Positions 9,464 to 18,260 of a DNA stretch of 32,000 nt are shown one piece after another. Within the stretch, counting starts at the first letter, position 1, and each line of letters starts with the position of its first letter. The stretch is from Candidatus Borrarchaeum yapensis. Lineage in GTDB: Archaea; Asgardarchaeota; Sifarchaeia; Borrarchaeales; Borrarchaeaceae. The stretch lies in NCBI GenBank assembly GCA_016840515.1, contig JAEOSF010000001.1, positions 50,447-82,446 of the forward strand. The letters run 5' to 3'. The translations under genes and the position numbers were made by a program. Below the pieces are notes generated by a model. It saw nothing but the letters and a program-made list of their open reading frames with translations. It ran no database searches and was not told the origin of the DNA.

Positions 9464-9600
9464 TTACTTCCGTTTTCGTGATTGTTCCTCAATATATTTT
9501 TTAATGGTATCGGATGTGACTGTTCCAGCAGTCCTCACATAATACGAACGTGTATAAGCCCAATACAGCACCCTCATCGGTACGATGCCTTGTGTGTGCC
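9464..9600 (-). pseudogene. C-terminal remnant of TnpA Y1 (HUH) transposase
   Basis: Minus-strand translation HTQGIVPMRVLYWAYTRSYYVRTAGTVTSDTIKKYIEEQSRKRK* matches the conserved TnpA tail (…TRSYYV.T.G.VS.ETIKKYIEEQ). The rest of tnpA is missing. Confidence 0.7.
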
Positions 9601-9664
9601 CTTAACACCAAGCCAAATACCTTAAATACTGCACGAGTATAAATATCGTTAATTTATTTTAAGC

Positions 9665-10378
9665 GTGAGGGAGACCGTTGTGAAAGTGAAAAACAAGATA
9701 ACGCGATTCAACTCCCCCGTAAACAGGGGAGTATTCTCGCTTAGTTTCTGTAAGGATACATGGGACTCAGTCTGGGAAAAACAACGTGTTCGCAAGTCTA
9801 CTCTTCATTCGCTTATCTACTTTTTAAGGGAGCATTATTTCTCAGCTACATTTGCACGTTTTGCCAGAAAGCGAATCAAAGGCTTAATTTTAGAAGTAGG
9901 ATGCGGCACTGCGCAATGCTCGCTGAAAATACGTGTAAAAGGCATAGATATAATTGGTGCTGATTTCTCAGCCTCTGCCTTGCAATTAGCCAAGAAATAT
10001 TCTACTCAAAATCAACTTATCAAATTCGTTGTAACAGATGCATTCAATTTACCGTTTGCCGAGAACACTTTTGATGCGGTATGGAGCGTTGGTTTGCTTG
10101 AACATTTTGATAAACCAAGTTTAGCATTAGTAGAGATGAGACGAGTTGTTAAGACGAAAGGTAAGGTAATTGCCATAGTGCCCTATCGCGCTGGATTGCT
10201 GGGGATTCTTAATTACGGATACAAGAAATTAGGGAAAGAGTGGATCTGGGAAGATGAAAACCCAATGGGCGTAGATGATTTGTATCGATTCTTTGAACAG
10301 GCACATCTAAGGAATATACGCATTAAAAGGATGTATGACACATTCCTAATGTTCTTGGGGGCGACAGGGGAAAAATAG
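9665..10378 (+). CDS. SAM-dependent class I methyltransferase
   Basis: LILEVGCGTAQCSL, DAFNLPFAENTFDAVWSVGLLEH; GTG start. Confidence 0.85.
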   Translation: MRETVVKVKNKITRFNSPVNRGVFSLSFCKDTWDSVWEKQRVRKSTLHSLIYFLREHYFSATFARFARKRIKGLILEVGCGTAQCSLKIRVKGIDIIGADFSASALQLAKKYSTQNQLIKFVVTDAFNLPFAENTFDAVWSVGLLEHFDKPSLALVEMRRVVKTKGKVIAIVPYRAGLLGILNYGYKKLGKEWIWEDENPMGVDDLYRFFEQAHLRNIRIKRMYDTFLMFLGATGEK

Positions 10379-10523
10379 TTGCCCAAAGGTTTTTTAGTAT
10401 TAATAAAGTGTTAGATTTAGGGATTACAGAATAAGTTTTGTCGAAAAAGTGTTTATTTGGAAACGTATTTAAAACACGATTATATTCTTTGTTTCGTTTG
10501 AGAAAGCACGGAGTGGAAATTTG

Positions 10524-11060
10524 ATGGAAGATGAATATGAAGATCCTCTGCCCTGTAATCAAGATCCTTTTATTAGTTTAGAACCATACACAGTTATTTC
10601 TGAATTGATTTCGCAGGCATTAAGGGATGGGGTCAAGTTGCGATGTATTCTGTGCGGTGAAAAAGTTTCTATTAGCAACGTTATTGTAGTACAGGGTCAT
10701 CATGTGATTCATGAAGACTGCTTTGTTAATACTATGTGCGATAATGAAAGGGTTATACAAGAATCTATCAAATTGGGAATCATGGGACGCGAAGAAATTA
10801 GTAAACGCTTGAAGAAGTTCCCCATTCGCTATGTACTTTCTAAATTACGCTGGGAGGTCAAAAAAAGGACGGGCGTAAGATTGCCGATCCCAATAAGAGA
10901 GAGAACCTTCAAGGAACTGCTGAAAAAGAACAAAGCGATAACAGAAACGAATGAACAACAATTAATCAACTGGTTTAAAACTGCAAGCTACCCGTCTAGT
11001 CTCAGTGATGACTATTCAAGCGTTGATGAGATGGACTCCTCATTTTCGTATTTCTCATAA
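10524..11060 (+). CDS. Hypothetical protein with LIM/treble-clef-like zinc motif
   Basis: C-x2-C-x18-H-x2-C (CILCGEK...HHVIHEDCF). ATG at 10524 with a GGAGTG ribosome-binding site fits better than TTG at 10521. Confidence 0.65.
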   Translation: MEDEYEDPLPCNQDPFISLEPYTVISELISQALRDGVKLRCILCGEKVSISNVIVVQGHHVIHEDCFVNTMCDNERVIQESIKLGIMGREEISKRLKKFPIRYVLSKLRWEVKKRTGVRLPIPIRERTFKELLKKNKAITETNEQQLINWFKTASYPSSLSDDYSSVDEMDSSFSYFS

Positions 11061-11196
11061 AACCTCTTTATCTTACTTGTTTTTTAAAGAAGATATAAGC
11101 CTTTTTTTAGTTTTTTTGTTATAACAAACTTTCCACTTTAAAGATATTAACGATTGAGAAATTAAATACATTTTTAAGCCTACTCGTCAATAATTA

Positions 11197-11280
11197 TTAG
11201 GTGATGATGCAACGCCGTCCCAGGCGGAGTCATTGATGCTGACTATGAAGAACTCGCGACGAAGCAGAGCCCACTATTTT
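11197..11280. other. Structured intergenic element, possible small RNA or dispersed repeat
   Basis: Two stacked inverted repeats (CGCC-GTCCCA-GGCG and GTCA-TTGATGC-TGAC), a GTGATGA box-C-like start, a T-run at the end, and a TTTTTAAG TATA-like box about 27 nt upstream. Confidence 0.3.
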
Positions 11281-11300
11281 TAACAGGTGTTCAGTAGAAA

Positions 11301-12545
11301 TTATTGTACCGCTTCTGCAAGAATTTCTGCAAACTTATAGACTTCTTCAAAAGTATTATATAGGGGATATGGCGCAACACGGATTATATCAGGCTCCCTC
11401 CAATCAACGGTTACCCCCCGATCTATCAACGTATCAAATAATTTCTTACCGTTTTTGAGAGTTCGAATTGAGAGTTGGCATCCTCGCTCATTAGCTTTTG
11501 AAGAGGTAATTATCTCGTAATTTTCAGGGCCTAATTCTTTTATCAAATACTCTAAATAGCCAGTCAATAACTCCCTTTTCTGATGAAAAAGAGATAGATC
11601 AAGCTCATCCCAAATGTTTAAAGCAGCTTTCAGACTTGCTAATAAAAGCACAGGATGTGTACTTATTTGCCAACCCGAAGCCCCAAGCGCTGGGTTAATG
11701 TCTGGCTCCATTAGGAACATCGTTTCACGTTTACCACCCCACCAGCCATCAAATCGAGGGAGATCTTTTTCAAAGTGGCGTTCATGTACGAAACATGCAC
11801 TTATTCCGCCAGGACCTGCATTGATGTACTTATAATTGCACCAAACGGCAAAATCTACATTCCAATCATGTAATTCAAGAGGGATATTTCCTACTGCATG
11901 TGCCAGATCGAAACCAACAACTGCCCCTTTTGCATGGGCTGCTTTAGTGATGGCTTCCATATCAAACGCTTGACCTGTAAGATAGTTAACTCCAGAAAAA
12001 AGGACTAAGGCGATAGATTCATTTATTGCATCAATAATGTCTTCTGTCCTGAGAATTGCTTCTCCGGGCCTAGCCTTAACTTCTATCAAAGAATCATTAA
12101 TTTCATGACCATGAAAACGGATTTGGGATTTAAGAGCATATTCATCACTAGGAAAAGTATGTTCTTCAATCAATATTCGATGTCTGTTTGTTGTTGTAGG
12201 ACAGAAAAAACTCACTAGAAGAAGATGAAGATTGACAGTCAAACTGTTCATGATTGAAACTTCTTCAGGCTGGGCACCTATAATACGTGCCATACTTTTA
12301 ACTAAATCATCTGAGTAAGAAAACCAGTTTTTAGACCCATGAAACCATCCTTCAACGCCTATCTCCTCCCATGTCTTAAGGATTTTGTCTATTTCAGTTC
12401 TTGCTGTTTTTGGTTGAAGACCTAATGAGTTGCCACAAAAATAGATTATGGAGTTGGGATAGTGGAACATTGTTCGAAATTTAGCTAATGGATCCGCCAA
12501 GTCCAGTTCTTTTGCAAACTCTAAACTTCGCTCAAATTCGATCAT
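11301..12545 (-). CDS. kynU: Kynureninase
   Basis: YFCGNSLGLQPK, NSLTVNLHLL, FDLAHAVGNIPLELHDWNVDFAVWCNYKYINAGPGG, GWWGG are characteristic of KynU. Confidence 0.9.
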   Translation of the reverse strand: MIEFERSLEFAKELDLADPLAKFRTMFHYPNSIIYFCGNSLGLQPKTARTEIDKILKTWEEIGVEGWFHGSKNWFSYSDDLVKSMARIIGAQPEEVSIMNSLTVNLHLLLVSFFCPTTTNRHRILIEEHTFPSDEYALKSQIRFHGHEINDSLIEVKARPGEAILRTEDIIDAINESIALVLFSGVNYLTGQAFDMEAITKAAHAKGAVVGFDLAHAVGNIPLELHDWNVDFAVWCNYKYINAGPGGISACFVHERHFEKDLPRFDGWWGGKRETMFLMEPDINPALGASGWQISTHPVLLLASLKAALNIWDELDLSLFHQKRELLTGYLEYLIKELGPENYEIITSSKANERGCQLSIRTLKNGKKLFDTLIDRGVTVDWREPDIIRVAPYPLYNTFEEVYKFAEILAEAVQ

Positions 12546-12589
12546 GAGTTAATCACATATTTTGAGTATTTGATTAGGCTGTACTTCTA

Positions 12590-13477
12590 TTATTCATTTT
12601 TTAAAAGAAATCGAGGGAATTTCATCGCACTCTTAACTCTGTTTTCAAATATGCCAAGTTCTCTGACTCCAAAGCCCATTGAAAGCCCCAAAAGTTGCGG
12701 TAGATGAAGAACGGGGATGTCATAGTCGAGTTCCCAGAGTTCTTTAACCTTGATCTGATTTAAATCGAGGCTAAGAGAGCAGAACGGGCAGATAGTTATG
12801 AGCGCCTTAAGGGCTGCATCATGCGCAGTAGATATTATACGATGTGTCAGACGCCAAGCGACATCTGGGGCATTACTTAAGACGGGGGCTCCACAGCAGG
12901 ATATTTTTCCTTCATAATCTGATGCAATTGCTCCAGTAAGATTAATGATTTCATCCATATGCAGTGGTCGTTCAGGGTCTCCGTGATGTGTAATTTCAGA
13001 GGGGCGAAGCATGTGACAACCATAGTATGCTCCAACCTTAAGTCCGTCTTTAAATGGTATTTTAAGATGTTCCTTTATTCGTGGCAGTCCAACATCCTCA
13101 TAAAGAATTTTGAGAAAATGTTTAACTTCAAGTGTGCCATTATATTCTAGGTCAAAGTCTGATAGAATATTGTTAATATCTTCCCTTGCAGCATTATCTT
13201 TCTTTAAGTATTCATTTGCATGCATGATCGAACCTACGCAGCCGTTACATAAACAGCAAATATCTAAGTCCATTTTTTCAGCTGTAGCTAAAATTCTTGC
13301 CGACAACAATGTCCAATATTGTTCGTCCATTGAACGAACAATGGGTGAACCACAACATCCCGAATTAGGGAGATCAATCAGTTCTACACCTAGTTCCTTT
13401 GCAACTACACGGGAAGAGGCTTCATACCCGTTCATTTTTTCGGGAATAGTACAGCCTAGAAAAAGCGCATACTTCAC
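12590..13477 (-). CDS. hdrB: Heterodisulfide reductase subunit B (HdrB)
   Basis: Two cysteine-rich CCG-type domains (LPNSGCCGSP, CCLCNGCVGS, YYGCHMLRP, KISCCGAP, ICPFCSLSLD); start overlaps hdrC stop. Confidence 0.9.
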   Translation of the reverse strand: MKYALFLGCTIPEKMNGYEASSRVVAKELGVELIDLPNSGCCGSPIVRSMDEQYWTLLSARILATAEKMDLDICCLCNGCVGSIMHANEYLKKDNAAREDINNILSDFDLEYNGTLEVKHFLKILYEDVGLPRIKEHLKIPFKDGLKVGAYYGCHMLRPSEITHHGDPERPLHMDEIINLTGAIASDYEGKISCCGAPVLSNAPDVAWRLTHRIISTAHDAALKALITICPFCSLSLDLNQIKVKELWELDYDIPVLHLPQLLGLSMGFGVRELGIFENRVKSAMKFPRFLLKNE

Positions 13478-14019
13478 TATTTTTCACCAGTTTCTTCTTC
13501 AGGGGGTTTATAATGGACTAATTTGGTGAATTTAATCTTTTCTGCTAGTTTTCGCATTATATCTGCGTCAGGAGTAGGCAATTCAGGGAGTTTGAAGCGA
13601 GTTTGACGTATTTTATTTTCATATTCACCCACTTCATTCATTAAGCCAAAAGTTAAGATGTTAGCCGCGATATCTGACCATACGCTAGGTATAATGTTTT
13701 CTTTCGCTGCCATGTTTCTAAGGTGAACGAAAATTTCTGGAGGTTTTACATCTTGAGGACAACGCTCCTCACATACATAACAGCCTGTACATAACCAAAT
13801 GAGCGGGTTGTGCAGTACTGCTTCTCTATCACCTAACATGATAAGCCGAATGATATTTCTCGGACTGAATTCTTCGCCACCGAACCGTGCTACAGGACAG
13901 CTACCCGTGCATGTCCCGCACTGGTAACAGGCAAAAAGGTCAAATGAAAGGTCCTCGATAAATTCCTCTGCGAGGCTCAAGTCTAGATCTGAAAGCTTCA
14001 CTACTTTTTCAGTTTCCAA
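13477..14019 (-). CDS. hdrC: Heterodisulfide reductase subunit C (HdrC)
   Basis: CYQCGTCTGSCPVARF and CTGCYVCEERCPQDVKP 4Fe-4S motifs next to HdrB. Confidence 0.9.
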   Translation of the reverse strand: METEKVVKLSDLDLSLAEEFIEDLSFDLFACYQCGTCTGSCPVARFGGEEFSPRNIIRLIMLGDREAVLHNPLIWLCTGCYVCEERCPQDVKPPEIFVHLRNMAAKENIIPSVWSDIAANILTFGLMNEVGEYENKIRQTRFKLPELPTPDADIMRKLAEKIKFTKLVHYKPPEEETGEK

Positions 14020-14022
14020 GTT

Positions 14023-14472
14023 CTATTCCTTCTTCGCTTCCTCTACTTCTTTCTTTACACGCTCAATTTCGGCCAGTTGCCATTGGACAAATTCGTTGGT
14101 GTCACCTTTCATAAGTTTTGAAAGGTCTGCCTCCAAATTAGATGGGCTAATCTTGACCATCCAACCTTCGCCGTATGGATCAGTATTGACAAGTGAGGCA
14201 TTATCCCACAACCCTTCATTGAATGCAGTAACTTCACCTGCGACTGGGGCATAAATTTTGCCTGTCCACTTGCCGCTTTCTAGTGTTCCAAAAGGTTTCA
14301 TAAACTCTACCGTCTCACCTTCAAAAGGCAATTGCACAGCCTGAATTTTTTCAGCCATGGTTTGCGCAAAATCGGTCACGCCAACCACAACAATATCTCC
14401 TTCTACTCTTGCCCAAGAATGTTCAGTTGTATAATATAATTCATCTGGGAGATCATAATCTTCAATTTTCAT
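14023..14472 (-). CDS. gcvH: GcvH-like lipoyl-carrier protein
   Basis: YTTEHSWARVEGDIVVVGVTDFAQ ... TLESGKWTGKIYAPVAGEVTAFNE matches the GcvH fold; candidate lipoyl-Lys retained in ESGK. Confidence 0.85.
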   Translation of the reverse strand: MKIEDYDLPDELYYTTEHSWARVEGDIVVVGVTDFAQTMAEKIQAVQLPFEGETVEFMKPFGTLESGKWTGKIYAPVAGEVTAFNEGLWDNASLVNTDPYGEGWMVKISPSNLEADLSKLMKGDTNEFVQWQLAEIERVKKEVEEAKKE

Positions 14473-14557
14473 TTTTACATTCTCCTTTTCAATTTATGAA
14501 ATTGTTTTTTTTCAAAGGTTATATATAAGAAGCATCCCTGCGTAGGGAGCCAGTCCT

Positions 14558-14588
14558 TCTCTCAGTCCCTAAAGGGTTTCCCGAGAGA
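14558..14588 (-). promoter_or_regulatory. Archaeal-type SECIS element
   Basis: Minus strand UCUCUCGG-GAAA-CCC-UUUA-GGG-A-CUGAGAGA. Eight-pair lower stem, GAA(A)/A asymmetric internal loop, GC-only upper stem, in the 3' UTR directly after the hdrA-vhuD stop. Confidence 0.85.
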
Positions 14589-14590
14589 GA

Positions 14591-17500
14591 TCATTCCATT
14601 TCAGTTCGAGATATACGCGACGGATTGGGTCCAAGTTTCGAAATACTTTCGCCAAAGGTTTGCATTGCTTCTCTAAATTTTTCTGCTTCCGCGGATGAAA
14701 GGAAGTACATTACAGTTCTGCCTTCACCAAAACCCATAGTTTCAAGAAGTTTTTCAGCCAACTCAACAGACTTTTCTGCTTGTAAGTTTCCATCAATATA
14801 TGCACAGTCGCCTTTGTGTCATCCGACTACGGCGACACCGTCTGCGCCGAGTGAAAACGCATTAAGCAACCATGGAGTATCAATACGACCTGTACACGGC
14901 ACCCGTATAATTCGAGTTCGATAGTCATATTGAAGTTTTGAAAGCCCAGCTAAGTCTGCAGCACCATACCCACATTTTTCACAAGCAAAAACAAGAAGTA
15001 ATGATTTTTGCTTGCTTTCAGCTAAAAGTGATTCAATTTGTGGATAGAATTGCTCATCTCGCCAGTATCGAAGTTCTCTAGCTCCAGAGGGACATGCTGC
15101 AACGCATGTGCCGCAGCCCTTGCATTCAATTTCATCAGTAACCGAAACAAGTCCTCCTGCTTCAGTTTCTTTCGTAGTTATAGCATCGTATGGACAGGCG
15201 ATTACGCACACCTTACATCCGCTACAAAGATTCTCGTCACATACAGCCTTGATTAGTTCAAGTTGAATCTCTTTTTGTTGTAACAGTACGCCTGCTGCTG
15301 ATGCCGCTGCTTTACCTAGTACTATTGAGTCGCTTATGCTTCGTGGAGAAAGAACAGACCCTGCTACGTAAACGCCATCTTTTCGTGTTTCGACAGGTTT
15401 GAATTTTATGTGGATAGGCTCAAGAAAACCATCAGAAGAGCGAGTAACTCCTGTTATCTTACACAGTTCATCAAAGCCTTCAGGAGGTTCTTGCCCTACC
15501 GCTAGGACTACATAATCTGTGTCTATCTCGAATGTAGTTCGTGAAAGGGTATCGTATACTTGCACCATAGCATTTTCATTGTAGATTGCCGTAACCATCG
15601 GGGGTCTTTCTTCTGTCCATCGCATAAAATTGGAGCGATATTGTTTTCTTGTAGTTAGATAGAACTCTTCCATATACCTTCCGACAGGTCGCAAATCCTC
15701 CTTAAAGAGGACAAAGGTTTGACAGTTCGGAAAGAGTTCTTTCACGGTCTGCGCATTTTTCAGTGAGGCACCGCAACAAACACGAGAGCAGTATTTGTTT
15801 CCATCTTCTTCTCGTGAGCCAACGCACTGAATGAAGACAACACGTTTTGGTTCTTGATCAAAACTGCGCGTTTTAAGCAATTCCTCGAATTCAAGAGAAG
15901 TTACCACTCGTGGAACAGTATTGTAACCGTATTCGCCGTCCTTGGGAGAATATGTATTTGTTCCGACAGCTATAATTATAGCGCCAACGTTAATATCAGT
16001 GTTTTCTCCATTAATTCTCCTAATTTGTGTTGTAAAATCACCGATGTGACCATCAAGGGATTCCAATGAAGACTCAAGGTAAACCGAGATATTGGGAGCA
16101 TTAGATATCTGCGCTGTTAATTCATCCAAAATTTGGCTGGCTTCAGTTTTTTCTGGAAACACTTTGTAGAGAGAATTGAGACGACCACCAAGTTGAGAAT
16201 CTTTTTCCACGAGGTGAACATTGAATCCTTGATTAGATAAATCAAGGGCAGCCGACATTCCAGCAATTCCACCACCAATAATAAGAGCTTCATTGACAAC
16301 TGAAACCGTCCGATATGGCACAATCTCAAGATGTAATGCTCGTGCAATGCCAGCCCTGATCAAGTCCTTTACTTTTTCTGTGGCTTCTTTTTTTGTCTGC
16401 ATATGAACTTGCGCTGCCTGATCTCTTATGTTCACGTATTCAAGATAATACTTACTTACTCCAGCAGACTCTAAAAGAGTCCTAAATGTTTCTTCGTGAA
16501 GTAAAGGTGAACATGCTGCTACTAAAACCCGATTAATATTGAGTTCCTTTATCATCTCGCTGATTTGCTGTTGTCCTGGCTCACTACAGAAGAACTCATT
16601 GTTATCTACATAGATCACGCCAGGTAATGTCTTTGTATATTCCATGACTTCTGGTACGTCAATGTAATTTGCGATATTGCCACCGCAGTGGCATACAAAC
16701 ACGCCAAGTCGAGACTCATCGGTAACTTCTTCCTTTGTTTGAGGCGCATATGATGTTATGTGTGGTGGAGAACCAGATAAAAGGTTCACTGCAGACGATG
16801 CAGCAGCTCTTGCTTGAGTAACCGTATCCACAGCATCTTTTGAGCCTGTTGCCACTCCCGCGATAAAGATTCCATGTCGATTTGTTTCGATTGGATGATA
16901 ACTGTTGGTTTCAAGAGGAAATCCATCACCGCTAATTTTAATGCTTAATTTTTGGCATAGTTCATGTGTCCCTTCAGATGGAACAAATGAACTAGATAAG
17001 ACAACAAGGTCGATATTTTTGACCTGAGAAACTTCTCCAGTATTAGTATCTTCAACCCAGACAATCAAGTCTTTTGTTTCTTCGTTTTCTTGAATTTCCG
17101 CCACTTTACCGCGAATTAAATTAGGATTATAGCTATTCTGTGTGTCCCTGTAGTATTCTTCGTAAAGTTTTCCTGAGGATCTTATATCTATATAGCAAAT
17201 GTCTGCCTGTCCTTTTCCTTTTGATTGCAGTTTATAGGCTCTAGCTTGTTTTAATGCGAACATACAGCAGACTCGGTTACAGAATTTGTTGCCGACTTCC
17301 TTTTCACTTCTAGAGCCCACACATTGGACCCATAATACCCTGCTTGGTTCTTTCCCATCAGAAGGTCTCACTATCTTGCCATTAGTAGGACCTGTGGGAT
17401 GCATCATTCGTTCAAACTGAAGTGATGTAACAACGTTTTCGTAGTATCCATAGCCAAATTGTTTCAATGGTGTTGGGTCGAATTCATCAAAACCCGTGGC

Positions 17501-18076
17501 TACAATTATCGAGCCAACATTGATTTCGATGATCTCTTCGGCATCAACAAAGTTTATTGCTTCCGCAGGACACTCCATCTCACACATTCCACAATCTATG
17601 CACTGCTCCTTATCTAATCTAGGGATCTGGGGGACTGCCTGAGGAAAAGGAAGATAAATTGCTTTTCGTACACCTATACCCATATCGTATTCTGAAGTCA
17701 CTTCAACTGGACATACTTCAAGGCATTTTTGACATCCTGTACATTTGTCTGAATCGACATATCTAGGGCTTTGCTTGAGTTTTACCGTAAAGCTTCCTGA
17801 TTCACCATTTACCTCTAAAACTTCGGTTAGAGTAAACAAGCGAACATTGTCGTTTCTGGCAACGCTTGACATAAGTGGTGTAAGTGGTCAAGCCGAGCAC
17901 TCATCGGTCGGAAAGATTTTGTAAACCTGTGAAAATCGTCCTCCAATTGTTTCTCGTTTCTCTACTAGAAACGCCGTATAGCCTTGATTTGCAATATCTA
18001 GCGAAGCATACATGCCAGCCATTCCGCCGCCAATCACCAAGACACTTTCTGCCGCTTTACTTTCCAATGCATTCAT
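14591..18076 (-). CDS. hdrA: Selenoprotein: duplicated HdrA module fused to a ferredoxin domain and MvhD/VhuD domain, two Sec (UGA) codons
   Basis: Continuous minus-strand frame of 1161 codons if UGA at 17888-17890 and 14819-14821 are read as Sec. Joins ORFs 17888..18076 and 14819..17872 with the untracked tail UHKGDCAYIDGNLQAEKSVELAEKLLETMGFGEGRTVMYFLSSAEAEKFREAMQTFGESISKLGPNPSRISRTEME*. SECIS present in 3' UTR; RBS AGGAGG before ATG 18076. Confidence 0.93.
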
Positions 18077-18260
18077 TTAACGAACCTCCTACTTAGTGAA
18101 CACCTCCAAACTACCATAACTTAATGTTCGGTTGCTTTTATTCAATTCTTCTTTGATAATGTCAGCGTAATGCACTTCAAAATTATAAAAAAAGGTGGGG
18201 GCAACTGATGAGCACATATATCCCTATACACTTGTAATACTTGGTTAGATATTTGTCACA

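Larger units (their letters stand above)
8219..9600 (-). mobile_element. IS200/IS605-family element with tnpB and degraded tnpA
   Basis: TnpB ORF, upstream TnpA C-terminal remnant, and a strong 3'-end hairpin (CTCCGCCCTTCAGGGCAGAG on the minus strand) followed by GGACGTCA. Left boundary not resolved. Confidence 0.75.

Noticed and set aside
14625-14924. 99-aa plus-strand ORF overlapping the hdrA-vhuD tail
   Set aside because: It is antisense to the conserved MvhD domain recovered by Sec readthrough, and its peptide shows no recognisable motif.
17888-17890. Interpretation of the first UGA as a sequencing error, frameshift or pseudogene
   Set aside because: The reading frame continues without shift. 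The UGA replaces exactly the conserved Cys, a second UGA again replaces a known Sec/Cys position, and a SECIS follows the real stop.
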